Origin: Lama glama
Lineage: Eukaryota
Length of the DNA stretch: 64,000 nucleotides
Direction of reading: 5' to 3'
Assembly: GCA_028534125.1 (NCBI GenBank)
Contig: CM052818.1
Span: forward strand, 39,868,001-39,932,000
Part shown: positions 13,721 through 26,485 of the stretch, one piece after another
Position numbering within the stretch: the stretch's first letter is position 1
Layout: each line of letters begins with the position of its first letter
Notes under the pieces: model-generated
Databases searched by the model: none
What the model was told of the DNA's origin: nothing
Seen by the model: the letters and a program-made list of their open reading frames with translations, nothing else
Made by a program: the position numbers and the translations under genes

Positions 13721-16189
13721 TCCAGGTTCTCAGAAACTGACCTGAAGGGCAGGTCTCAGCTTCGAGCTGCTTCTTGCCTTCCTGATGGAATGAACAAGGA
13801 GGCAGAGACAGCTGCTGGAGAGAATCACCTGATGTTTCCTGATAAGGTAGAGAAGATGTTTAACAGATTTCATCACTGCCAAATTCGTGTCTGCTTCAAA
13901 ATCCTTTCTTTCAGCAAGCTGTCACAGTTTGAGTGAAGTGCCTCACCCCACGGTGTGTGGTGCCACATGTAGCCAGTGACCTTTGCATTCACCACAACAA
14001 CTAAAGCTCTGGAAGCAGTGTTTTCCCTTTGGAGGTAAGGTAGCTTCCTTATAAAGAAGGGACAAAAGAGGAAAATTGATTTTCAATGTGAAATAAACAA
14101 CATTTCACCGTATGTTGTACAGATCAATCTAATACAACTGTCAGTTGAAAATGTCACTCAGCTTAAGGAAAAAAAAACCCCATGTGGTATGTGTATGTGG
14201 AGGAAAACAATTTTTAACAGTTCTGGCTGCTGAGAACTGTCACTTGATCAGACACTCATTCCTCATAATATTTCATAGCTATGTAATTAAGGACTATCAG
14301 ATTAAACTAATTACTTAAAAGTCTGTAAAGTTAAAATTATAAGCAAATTGCTGATTGAAATAAATCAAGATTTTAAGAACTAGAATGTGAAGGTAGATAT
14401 TTTTCTTCCTTTTCATTACTTAAAAAAACTAGCTGAAAAAATAGTTTTCTCTTTAGCCATAATAAACACGTTGCAGGCTGAAAATGCTGTTAGATTTTCT
14501 TCATGCTGCAGCTGGACTGCCTTAAAGCATCAATACCACTTTTATTTCTGCAGCTGTGTGGCTTGTTCTATGTCCATGTGATCATTTTTGCCCTAATCTC
14601 TGTAGTTCAAAGTTCCAAATGAAATCACATGCACTCAGCAAGCTACATTTACTTGCCCAGAATGTGCATCGGAAGATGACTTGGTAAGTTCTGTGCCTTG
14701 GACCCTTTAGCATCTCTCAGCACCCTGCAGTGGTGTAAGCGGGTATTCAGGAGGCTGAACGCCGGAAGGAAGGTGGCTGCTGATAACTGGGCAGCCGCAA
14801 CCTCAGAAGGTTGTCATCACTGCTCATGCCTACAGGAAGCGGGTATTTCCCTTACTATGTTCTGAGATTAAAATGTGTAGCAGTTGACCAATGTAAACAG
14901 GCCAACCAGAGGATGTTTAAAGGATCAAGTCAGTTTGTCTAATGCTTTGAAGATAAAGGTGGAGATAATGAGCAAACTCCTATTATTGGAACTGATCTAA
15001 TAATTACTTTAATAAGTATCCTCATCCAACCATAAACCAACAGTAGGTATATCCAAGTACAATGAGTTTCATGAAGTATTGTATATGCCTCGGCTGCAGT
15101 AGGGCCCATTGTGAGTGATAATGCAGATCAAATAACCATCAATGGCAAAGCCACTCTGTTCACTCACCAGGTCTCGCGTCGGTGACCTCTCTCACAGCTT
15201 GCAATCAATTAACATAGAACAGTGAATGCACTAGACGTGGCTGGAGGGAAGCCAGGGAGGGGAGAAGGCAGCCCAGCTCCCAGATTTTCTGTCTCCACAG
15301 TGTCAAGCAGTAAGTGAGTGTCTCCAATGAACCAGCTAATATCTTTTGTGTTGAACTGACAGGTTGTTTTGACATCGTTAGACACAGCCCAACAAAGAAC
15401 GAAAACAAATTGATAGCCACGTCTCACAGTTCCCGACTGTAGGCACAAAGTAATCAAACACACCTGCGAGAAATCCTGAACTGCAGGCTTTGATCCCGGC
15501 TTTGTTCAAGGTCTCCACCGGTCCTCCTCCACTCCATCTTTTTTTCCAGCTAAAGTAACCATGGGATGTGTCCTGGTCTTGCCAGATCTCAGAGTGAGAC
15601 TTATCTCTTACGTTACCCCGAGAAACAGGTGCTCAGCTATAGCTGGGATGCTCCACCACAATCAGGCAGGTACGACAGAATGATGGGGGGGGGGCTCCTA
15701 GGCATAGAACACGCTAGAGCTGAGACCAGGCCTGTAGATAGGAAGAGATGATCAAATAATCAGGAGGCCTGATGCTCTGCATTCAGCCTAGTTTCTACAT
15801 CCAAGAGCTTGAAAACCTTGAAGTTTAAAGGTTAAAGAGTTTTGTGGCAGTCAACTACCACAGCGGGGAATAAACTTTGAAAACTTCATTTTATAGAGAA
15901 GAGTTCAAAAGAGTTTCGAGTCAGTTCAGAAACAATACATCCATTATATGTTAAGAAGGAAGCTGTTACGTTCAGGGATCCAGCCGCAGTTCAATTGGCC
16001 TCTAGATGATCCTCTTGGGTTCCCACTTAGAGAAAGAATCCAGGGCGGGAAGGATGCTGGTCCAGGTGGTACGTGTCTCTTCTCTAATGTGGCAGGAAAA
16101 TTCAGGGTTAACATAAACCACCCCTGTCTGAGATGGCATATCCTGCCCTTCTCTCTTTTCAACCTTCTTGGGACACTCTTAACCATGCC

Positions 16190-17005
16190 AGAGGTTCGTT
16201 TATTTGTTCATTTATTTCCTTCCTTCTTTCTTTCAATCTTTCCTTCTTTCTGCTATTTCATTTAATTATCTTTTAGGTTTGTCAATAATCCCTGTAATTT
16301 CCTTTGTTTCATTTTATAAATTTTTCCTTTGCTTTTATTATTGACTTCCCAACACTATCTCTCAGGTTAGATTTACTACTTTCTTTTTAAGCTTAAAAAC
16401 CTATTTTATTAATTTTCAATCATTACTTTTCTCTACTGTATAAATGTAAGCCTTTTAATTTTTCCTTTGAGAACTTAGATGCTAGATGTCCAGTAGAAAA
16501 GTCGTATAACCATGACTACGATCAATCACAACTACAATTTGTGGTATGTGTAGAAATATGTTGCTTTAATTGTAATTTGGTTCTAAATATTTAAATTTTT
16601 GTTCTACATATTTAAGTTACTAGTTTGATATTTTTCAGCAACATTGTGTTTTCAATTTGCCATCCTGTTTTCTTTTCTCTTTTTTTCTCATCTCCAGCTT
16701 TTATTGGATAGGTTATTCTCTTTTTTCTATTTTTTTGTCTAGTATATTGAAAAATTATACATTTTATTGCTAGTATTTTAGTAGTTTCTCTAAATTTTTT
16801 CTACCATTCATGCTCTAGTTAATATAGTCCAAGTTTACTCAATGTCTTTATCTTCCTTTTGAACATCTTTCTTGTTATTGGTGTTTAGTAATTTTTTCAA
16901 CTTTGATTTTATATAATCCCCCAGGTAGATTATTATTATTATTGGTATTTTAACAGTCAGTGCTAATTTAAATTTATCAAATTTTTTTGTCCTTTCTCCA
17001 TTGAT
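16190..17005 (-). mobile_element. Highly degraded old L1-like fragments
   Basis: Extreme T-skew with scattered L1-like motifs; no clear peptide. Confidence 0.45.
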
Positions 17006-17007
17006 TT

Positions 17008-17503
17008 TGTTTTTTTAAAATTGAAATATAGCTAGTTTGCAATATCCTGTCAATTTCTAGTGTACAGCTCAATGTTTCAGTCATACATATACATATATAT
17101 TCATTTTCATATTCTTTTTTATTATAGGTTACTACAAGATATTTAATATAGTTCTCCATGCTATATAGTATAAACTTGTTATTTACCTATTTTATATGTA
17201 GTAGTATATATAGTAGTTAGTATCTGAAATCTTGAACTCATAGTTTATCCCTTCCCACTCCCTTTTCCCCTAGTAACCATAAGTTTGTTTTCTATGTCTG
17301 TGAGTCTGTATCTGTTTTGTAAATAAATTCATTTGTGTCTTTTTTTTAGATTCTACATATCAACGATATCAAATGGTGTTTTTTGTTTCTCTTTCTGGCT
17401 TCCTTCACTTAGAATGACGATCTCCAGGTCCATCCGTGTTATTGCAAATGGCATTATTTTATTCTTTTTATGGCTGAGTAGCATTCCATTGTGTGTGTGT
17501 GTA

Positions 17504-17536
<33 letters not shown>

Positions 17537-19525
17537 TTATATATATCTATATCTATATCTATATAGCTATATGCCACATCTTCTTTATCCATTCATCTGT
17601 CAGTGGACATTTAGGTTGTTTTCATGTCTTGGCTATTGTACTATTTTAAATAGTGCTACTGTGAACATTGAGGTGCATGTCAAATTATAGTTTTCTCTGG
17701 GTATACGCCCAGGAATGAGATTGCTGGATCGTATGCTAAGCCTATTTTTAGTTTTCTAAGGAACATCCGTACTGTCCTCCTTCGTGGCTACACCAAACTA
17801 CATTCCCATCAACAGTTTGGGAGTGTTCCCTTTTCTAGCCACAGCTCTGAAGTTTTGGATCATCGTGTTTTCATTTTCATTTGTCTCTGAGTATTTTCTG
17901 ATTTACTCTTTGATTTATTCTGTGATTCAGTGGTTGCTTAGTAGCATATTGTTTAGCCTCCACGTGTTTGCAGTTTTGTACTTTTTTTCTTGTAGTTGAT
18001 TTCTCATCTCACAGCACTGTGGTCCAAAAAGATGCCTGATATGATTTCAGTTTTCTTAAATTTGCCGTGGCTTGCTTTGTGGGCCAACATATGATCTATT
18101 CTCAAGAATGTTCCATATGCACTTGATAAGAGTGTGTACTCTGCTGCTTTCAGATGGAATATTCTGTAAATATCAATTAAGTGCATCTGGTCTAATGCAT
18201 CATTGAAGACCTCTATGTTCTTACTGATTTTCTGTCTGGATGATCTGTCCATTGATGTAAGTGGGGTGTTAAGGTCCCCACTATTATTGTGTTATTGTCA
18301 ATTTTTCCTTTTATGTCTGCTAACAGTTGCCTTATATATTGAGGTGCTCCTATGTTGGGTACATATATACTCACAATTGTTATATTTTCTTCTTAGTTTG
18401 ATCCCTTTAGCATCATGTAGTCCTTCTTTGTCTCTTGTACAAGTCTTTATTTTAAGGACTGTTTTGTCTGATATAAGGATTGCTACTTCAGCTTTCTTTT
18501 GGTTTCCATTTGCATGGAGTATCTTTTCCCACCCCTTCACTTTCAGCTTGTATGTGTCTCTAGCTCTGAAGTGGGTTATCCTGTAGACAGCATATACACA
18601 GGTCTTGGTTTAGTATCCATTCAACTGGTCTATGTCTTTTGGTTGGAGTATTTAATCCATCTAAATCTAAGGTAATTATCAGAATGTTTGTTCTTATTGC
18701 CATTTTGTTAATTGTTTTGGGTTTGTTTTTTAGGTCTTTTTTTTTCTTTCTTCTTTCTTCCTTCTCTTATGGTTTGATGACTATAGAGTTACATTTGGAG
18801 TCCTCTTTTTTTGTATGTCTGTATATCTATTACAGATTTTCAGTTTGCAGTTACCATGAGGTTTTGGTATAGAAGTCTATACATATACATGATTGTTTTA
18901 AGTTGCTGATCTCTTAATTTCAAATGCATTTTAGACGCCCTGCATTCATACCCTCCTCCCCTCACTATTACTTTTCTTGTTTCTAGTTATAACCTTTTCT
19001 TTTCTCTCTAGAGAATTTCCTTCAACTTTTGTTGTAAAGCTGGTTTGGTGGTGCTGAATTCGTTTAGCTTTTGCTTATCTGTGAAGCTTTTGATTTCTCC
19101 ATCAAATCTGAATGAGAGCCTTGCTGAGTAAAGTATTCTTGGTTGTAGGTTTTTCCCTTTCATTACTTTAAATATATTATGCCACTCCCTTCTGGCCTGT
19201 AGAGTTTCTGCTGAAAAATCAGCTGCTAACCTTATGGGAATTCCCTTGTATGTTATTTGTTGCTTTTCTCTGGCTGATTTTATTATTTTCTCATTATCTT
19301 TAATTTTTGTCAGTTTAATTACTATATGCCTCTGTATGTTCCTCTTTGGGTTAGTCCTGTATGGGACTCTCTGCACTTCCTGGACTTGGGTGACTCTCCT
19401 TTCTCAGGTTAGAAAAGGTTTCAGCTATTATCCCTTCAAATATTTTCTCAGATCCTTTCTTCCTCTCCTCTTTTTGGGATTTCTTTATAATGTGAATATT
19501 AGTGTGCTTCATGTTGTCCCAGAGG
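17008..19525 (-). mobile_element. L1 with ORF1 C-terminus, ORF2 endonuclease and 3' end; most of ORF2 (RT) missing
   Basis: ORF 19008-19376 is the L1 ORF1p C-terminal region (RHIVIKLTKIKD...IRLAADFSAETLQARREW...LQPRILYSARLSF). ORFs 18298-18540 and 18004-18252 are endonuclease peptides (HANGNQKKAEVAILISDK; RIDHML...DHSA). 17008-17835 is the ORF2 end and 3'UTR. Confidence 0.93.
17489..17570. repeat. Compound (TG)n/(TA)n/(TATATC)n microsatellite inside L1
   Basis: Read directly. Confidence 0.9.
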
Positions 19526-20679
19526 TCTGTTCAAAATATATCACATAAAATAAGGCTATAAGGTTGAGTTCTGGATAAGTGTACAGAATTTCACACTTGT
19601 ACTTGATATTCCTTTTAAAACCACTTTTTTTTTTAAGGTTTTTCTTTTTTCAAACCACTTTTATCACAGAGAATGCAGTGTGGCAAGTTAGCTTACAAGA
19701 CAATGTGTGTTTGTCTTATATCTGTTCAATCAGTGTCAAACCTCAAAAATCTCGAGTAACTAGGAAAAAGTCTGTCAGAATTATATTCCATTTAGGAAAG
19801 AAGTATCATTCTGCTACCTTTCATGTCCCCATGCCCCTTATTTTGCTCCTGGTGTGGCCTCAAATGTCTGCTAGTGGAACCTTAGGATTTAACAGAATTG
19901 AGAATGATGTGTAAATACTATACACTCTGTATAAACATGGTGCATCTAAATTGTCTGAAGCTTTTTTTCCCTGTTGACTCTTGGCTCAGATATCACAGTT
20001 TTTCACTGTTCAGGATCAGATTTGATGTGTGGTATAAGTTGGCAATAAATTTGAGAATTTAAAAAAAAGTTGAAGATTTTAGTATTTTTCACATTCAAAC
20101 CTAACACATCAGCCATTAAAAAAGTCCTTTTTTTTACATTAGGCATCTCTATTTCCTCAATGTTAGGCAGTTCTTTTGATACACTGTTCTTCAGATATGT
20201 TGTACCTATAATTTGAGGAAGAGGGAAACATTTGAAGTTTGGTTTTTACAACACTGGGCTTTACTGGCACTCTAATATCTGAATATTTTAGAAGTTATGG
20301 CCTTGTAATTCAATATACCTCAGAATCTAAGTATCTTAATGTATAGAACTATGTGTTTAACGCCAGCTCTATACAATGACACAAAAAGCACTTTACTGTA
20401 AAATGTTCTAGAAATATTAGTTATAATGGCTTGAGCATATATGGCCATGTGGCAATATTTCTATTGGCCATCAGTCAAAATATTTGATGTAAACTTTCAG
20501 CTTTTCATTCAAGCTGTCATTTGTGCATAATTGGTAAAGTTATATGATGAATACTCTGCTCTTTAAAAAAATGGCCCATTGATAGCGCCTGTAATAGAGA
20601 TTGCATGATAAACATTGGGCTCTTTTAATAACCTTGACTCATCTTTACCCCTCCTTTTTTTCATCCTTTTGTATTTAAT

Positions 20680-20832
20680 ATCATGGTAATGTGTGTCCTC
20701 CTTTAGATGGTGAATTCCCTGGAGACGTGGATTGATTTTATTCATTTCTGTATTTCTTATAAAATCTTACACAGGGTTTTCTAGGCAATGGGAATGCCCT
20801 TAATGCTGCTGAAATGAGCGAATGAATGAATA
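20680..20832 (+). mobile_element. L2 3' tail
   Basis: 'ttttattcatttctgtatttc...tgctgaaatgagcgaatgaatgaat'. Confidence 0.55.
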
Positions 20833-21744
20833 CTGTTGTCCTTTGTAGTTCTGGTACTTTGTCTCAGGATCTAGGGATGATGGAAGGTGTGCCTCTGGGA
20901 TGCTTATTGCAAGTGAGTCCCAGAAACCCAGGGGATTTGGATCAGATCTCTGAAGAAACCTGCCTTCCTGTTCTCTCCATCCTTGCTAAGATTAGTAAAG
21001 GAGAAGAAAGGCTGATGGCAAATTTGCTGGTTGAATGAATTTGTAAGCCGAATATACATTTCAAAAAAACCCTCATTACTTCTGTGTCGTGGCATCGTGT
21101 GCCAGTTCCCACCCCATTACACTGAATAAATCTGTGGATGAAAAAAAATTGAATGAATCTTTACAGTTTCTCAGATCCTGCATATTTATTTCACCACTGT
21201 ATTTTATATCAGCCACACTCTTTTTCTTGGCCATGTGTCTACATTTCTGTTTGCTTACTGTCTGAATGCACTCCTTCTTAATATTTAAACAAAGGCCTAG
21301 ATAGCTCTACATGTAGACACAGTATTAATGGAAGGAAAGTAGGAATCATTTACAGCTGGCACACATCCAGGAGACAGACACAGTCATGCCAGTGACAAGA
21401 GGAAATGCAGTCTTCTCTGCTTTAAACTCTGAATGCATAATAAAAAGGGAATTGAAGAACAGGGCATTGCCAAGGCAGAGAACCAGATAAGGTGGTGGGA
21501 CCACTCCCAATCTTGCCTCCGCCACACACCTTGTAAACTGATAACTCAGGGTAGAATTTCCCAACCGGCAACTGGAAAAGAAGTGGGTTTTACAGCAAAT
21601 TGAGGCAGGCTGACAGCTCCCAATACACAGAACATCGGTCCTCTCTGTAAACTGTATAGGAAGTTGCTATCTGCCTCCCCATATCTTGTCTTTAGCACAG
21701 GTTCTCTTCTAGTTTGTCCAAAGTTGATCCAGACTACATGGAAA

Positions 21745-21990
21745 ATAGTAATGATGAAATTAATGAATGGCTCACATTTATTGAACACTTACCAGATGCC
21801 AGCAACTGGGCTAAGTGCTTTATAAGTATGATCTTATTTCTGAAGAAGTCCATTATAATTAATTTGATTTCACAGATAATAAAGCTAAAGCTCAGACAGG
21901 TTAAGCAATTTTCCTAACGTCTCACAGCTGGTGAGGGGCAGTGTCAGAGCTATGACTCAAGCTTGGTGTTTCTGATGACAATGCCTGCTC
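21745..21990 (-). mobile_element. MIR SINE, near full length
   Basis: 'gctcacatttattgaacacttaccagatgccagc...ctaagtgcttt...cagataataaagctaaagctcagacaggttaagcaattttcc...tcacagctggtgaggggcag'. Confidence 0.85.
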
Positions 21991-22029
21991 TTCACAGGCC
22001 ACTCTCTCAGGATCCCAACACCCTGCACA

Positions 22030-22210
22030 GATAGCATAGCTCATCTAACGTAATATACTTCTTTGCTTAGTTGTCTATCACCCTACTGGGCTGGGAACTC
22101 TGAGAAGGCAGGAGTCTGTTCATTTCTATATTCCTGGTGCCTAGTATAGTATCTGGTACAGGGTAAAAACACAGGAAATGTTTAATGAATGGATAAGTAA
22201 GTAAATGAAG
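22030..22210 (+). mobile_element. L2 3' tail
   Basis: 'gaactctgagaaggcagg...ttcctggtgcctagtatagtatctggtaca...aaatgtttaatgaatgga'. Confidence 0.7.
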
Positions 22211-24127
22211 CAAATACTTGGTAGGAGCTGCTTTGTTGAAGACCCTTTATTATTGCCTTCCTGGTAATTTCTGCCCCTGTGTTGGAAAATATATCACATG
22301 ATGAGATTAGAATTTATTTTTAGATGTAGATGTCAAACCCTTTTTCTTGATAAAATAGTCAAGAAGTAAAAGCATCAGCAGAAGAAAATAAAAGATTCTC
22401 TTCGGGAACAGGAGATGTGGACGGAGGTTGCAAGTTCAAGGTTAGAATCTTGAAGAACAGGTAGTCTGTCTGCTAAGGTCAAAGTCAAAAAGGCTTACTT
22501 CTCTCATGTTTCAGAGCCTGGAGTGAGCTGTTTCAGTGCAGACTAACAGCCACCTCTTAGGGTATGTGACAGCTGCCCACTGGCTGGGTTAGGGGTACTT
22601 CCAAATCTAGGTCCCATTCTTCCTGGGAGAGGACCAGACAACAGATCTTGTCCCGGCATGCTCTCTTAGAAGTACAGCCATCACTTTGCAGAGCACGTTA
22701 GAGGAAAGCTATACTCCTATGGAATCAACAGATGTGATCTGAGTTTTCAAACACTTGGGCTCAGAGAAAGGAGCAAACAACTGCAGGCTGACTTCGTGAA
22801 ACTCCAGCACGGACCACACTCAAGAGGAATTCACACACCTGGCCTTCCAGCCACACTGGTTAAGAGTTCTCACCAGCTCCTAAGAGAGGGGCCACTAGGG
22901 ACCTAGACCAGTATGAACAGTGTATCTTTCACCCCCTGTCATCCATAAGGACCCAGGGTAAACTACTAAGTTCTCATGCAAGAGAGTGCTCAACTATGCT
23001 CAACTGATCCTTGAATTAAAGAGCTAAAAGCTTTTCCAGATATGGACCAGATCAATTCCATCAGTTTATTGGGGCAGAGGTGGGGGGTGGAGGGAAAGCT
23101 ATGTAGACAGCTCTTTTTGCAGGATGCTACTTGAATGTCTTACATATTGATCAAAGACTTGGGAATATAGAGAGCTCGTGTTTTGTTTGTTTGTTTCTCC
23201 AGATTGCTATGAGGTCCAGTATTTTAGGAGCATAGGTGTCTTGTGTAGAAACAAAGGGGGACATGGCTTCAGAATGAGGCATGCAAAGGTTACTCCTCAG
23301 TCAATTTATTCACTGCTGTGGGAAAGCAGTTACACATCTGCCCTCTTTGCTGGCTGATGTCTGAAGTCAACCAGTAAAGATCAGTATTCTGATCTCTTGT
23401 TATAAAGAAAATTTCCTAGACAGGCATGTAATATTACAGGGGGAAACCTCCTTCTCTGCTATGGAATGCTATAAAAGTGCAAATTTCTATGATAGCATCA
23501 GTCACTGACAGGTACAGATTGGTTTTAGGGAAGGTGAGACATTTTTAGATGAGATCACTGAGAAAGTATATGATTTGAGTTCAGCCAGGGATGGAAATAA
23601 GGATTCTGCTGGTTCGTCTTTCCTGGTGAGTACAGATTTAGTAGTCATTCATCTCCATTCATCTCCATCCATTCCTCCTTCTCCCGCCCCCCTCCACACA
23701 CATATGTGCACACACAGTGCTGTGCACAATCAGGCCCAAGCCTGGTGCAGACATTATTTCCCCGTGTCCAGCCCAGAGGTTTCCCACGGCTGGAGTGGGG
23801 AGCACCTGCGGGCTCTGCTTTGTGTCTGCTGCACTCACTCACAGGCAGGCCTGGTTACCATCTGCATAGGTAAGGCCCAGGCCTAGCATTAACCACCAGC
23901 CCAGCTCCTACAGGCACAGAGTAAACCTGGACATAAAGCAGGCATCCTGCCACACCTGAGAGGGCCTGCTTCATGTCCCTGGCTCTTTCACACAAAGAAA
24001 CTTATTTATGTTCCCTCTTTCTTTCTTGATGTTCTCATCTTCTCTTTGTTTTCAGTAGCTGAGTCACTCTGGGAACCAAAGAGATGAGCTGAGGAGGACT
24101 CACAACTAAGTGGCTCTGTCACTGACT

Positions 24128-24430
24128 GCATTCATTCATTCAAGGAACTGCTGTGTGCCAGGCTCTGTGAAGACAAATCTGCATAGAACTTCATTGCACT
24201 TGAGGACCTTAGAGTCCTAGTAGGGGAGACAAATTGGTTAACTCGTAATTGCAACCCAATATGAAAAGAACTCTTAGATGAGTTCATGGAAAGAACTTTG
24301 CAGGCACAAAAGGGAAAACTACAAACTTCATCTGGCAGAGTTTGGGAAGGTTTTACAGAGGATATCATTTCTGAGTTGGGCATTGAGGGATGCATAGGAG
24401 TTTGCTGGCTAGAGAAGTGGAAAAAGGTAC
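24128..24430 (-). mobile_element. L2 fragment
   Basis: 'cattcattcattcaa...tgtgccaggctctg...gtcctagtaggggagac...gggaaggttttacagaggatatcatttctgagttggg'. Confidence 0.7.
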
Positions 24431-24479
24431 AAACCATAAGTAAGAAATCATAATTTTTAAAAGATAAATGACAGATTGG

Positions 24480-25797
24480 GTAACAAAAAGCAAGACTAAA
24501 TGATTCCATAGTGGAATTAAATTAGAAATCAATAATGAAAAGATCTCAGAAAAATCCCCAAATATTTGGAAATTAAGTAACAGATTTATAAATAACTTAT
24601 GAATCAAAGAAACAATATAAATTGAAAAGGAAGCATTATGAACTGAATCAATATATATAAAAGCATATTAAAATTTGTGGGAGGCTGTATAACCAGTAAT
24701 TAGGCAAAAATTTATAGCAGTAAGTGCTTATATCAATTTTTGGTCTTATAAATTTTTCTATTGTTTTTCTGATATTAATTTTATTAATTTCTGCTCTTTA
24801 CTTTTCCCTTTGTTCTACTTACTTGGGTTTAATTTCTTCTTTTTCTAGTTTCTTAGAGCAGAAACTGAAGTCATTTATTTGAGATCCTCTTTGATATAGG
24901 CTTTCATTTTCTGTGAATAGATCTACTGATTTAATATAATCTCAAAATATCAGATGTTTTTATAGAAATTGACAGGTATATGCTAAAATTTATATAATAA
25001 TGCAAAGGACTGCAAATAGCCAAAACATTTTGAAAGAGAAGAACAAAGTTTGAGAGAGAAAGCACTTTTTGTTTTGTAGAAAAAATATGGAGATATTTAT
25101 TAATACAAGACCATGGTGAATCTTAAATTATACTTCAATCATTTAAAAATGGGAAATCCACACAAAAACTTGCACACAAATATTTACAGCAGCTTTATTC
25201 ATAATTATCAAAACTTGGAAGCAACCAAGATGTCCTTCAGAAGATGAATGGATAAATAAAGTACATCCAGACAACAAAATACTCTTCAATAATAAAAAGA
25301 AATTAGCTATCAAGCCAATAATACATGGAGGAACCTTAAATGTATTATTAAGTGAATGAAGCCAGTGTGAAAAGACTACATATTGTGTGAATCCAATCAT
25401 ATGACATTCTGGAAAAGGCAGAACTATAGATACAGTGAAAAGATCAGAGGTTGCCAAGGGCTTGGGGGGAAAGAGAGGTTGGAATGAATAGGTAGAGAAC
25501 CAGTGATTTTGGGGTAGTGAAACTATTTTCTACAATACTGCAATGGTGGTACATGATGTTATGCATTTGCCAAAACCCGTAGAACTATACAACACGAAGA
25601 GTGCGCCCTAATGTAAACTACGTAGCAATGTATCAATAGTGGCTTGTAATTGTAACCGATGTGCCACACCAGTGCAAGATGTTAGTGGAGGTAACTGGGA
25701 AGTAGGTGGAGAGGTATATGGGAACTCTTTGTACTTTCTACTCAATTTTTCTGTAAACTAAAACTTCTCTAAAAAATAAAATCTATTTAAAAAAATA
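24480..25797 (+). mobile_element. Old L1 (ORF2 pieces plus L1MC/MD-like 3' end) with an internal inverted segment
   Basis: Sense ORF2 sequence 'ggaattaaattagaaatcaataa', an antisense block at 24737-24890, then 'aaacttggaagcaaccaagatgtccttc', ending in 'ctctaaaaaataaaatctatttaaaaaaata'. Confidence 0.85.
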
Positions 25798-25829
25798 GGG
25801 ACTCATTCTTTTCAACAGTGGAGTTAGTT

Positions 25830-26170
25830 TAATCAGAGCTGAGTTCTGCTACGTTCAGGTTTTGCCAGAGGCTGGAAGGGGAGACCAAAAGCCAACACAT
25901 CAATTACGAGGTTACTGCAATCAAGGCCTGAGTCGGGTGGTGGCAGCCAGAACAGGGAGAAAGAAGAATGTAAGAGTGCTCTGAAGGAAGGATTAGGAGA
26001 GCCTGCTGATGAGCTAGCCGTGACGGTGAGGAGAGAAGTCAACTTTCATTGTGTCAGAAAGAATACTTGATTAGATCTGAGAGACTTCTGATTTAGTTTT
26101 GGCTCTGACTCCAGCATGTTGTGTGAGCTCTGGCAAGTGACTTGGTATTTCTGGACCTTGATTACTGCAG
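25830..26170. mobile_element. L2 fragment (-) followed by MIR fragment (+)
   Basis: 'gaggttactgcaatcaagg...tggcag' (L2-like) and 'ggctctgactccagcatgttgtgtgagctctggcaagtgactt' (MIR core). Confidence 0.5.
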
Positions 26171-26221
26171 GGATGCCCAGGAGGCATTACTGTGATGTAC
26201 AGGCTTAAGATGAGTCTAGAA

Positions 26222-26485
26222 GTGCACTGTCCAATACATTAGCCATACATAGTTGTGGCTGTTACACACCAGAAATGTGGTTAGTCCAAACTGAGATGTG
26301 TAAAATTTACTATAAGAAGACTTAGAAAAAATAATGTAAAATGTTATTTAAAACTTTCATGCTGATTATGTACTTGGATTTTACCTGTTTCATTTTATGT
26401 TTTATAATGTGGCTACTAGAAAATTTAAAATTGCATATGTGGCTCACAGATGTGGCTCACATTATATATCTATACAGCAGTGCTG
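26222..26485. mobile_element. MER3/MER33-like hAT-Charlie MITE
   Basis: Degenerate TIRs 'gcactgtccaata' / 'tatacagcagtgctg', internal 'atgtggctactagaaaatttaaaattgcatatgtggctcaca', and a Charlie-like degenerate target site gtctagaa / gtcttggg. Confidence 0.85.

Noticed and set aside
19008..19376. Open 122-aa ORF as a host or domesticated gene
   Set aside because: It is the L1 ORF1p C-terminus in normal L1 context and lacks the N-terminal part.
22324..22440. Possible AG...GT bounded exon
   Set aside because: Stops or unrecognisable peptide in the frames checked, and no supporting neighbouring exons.
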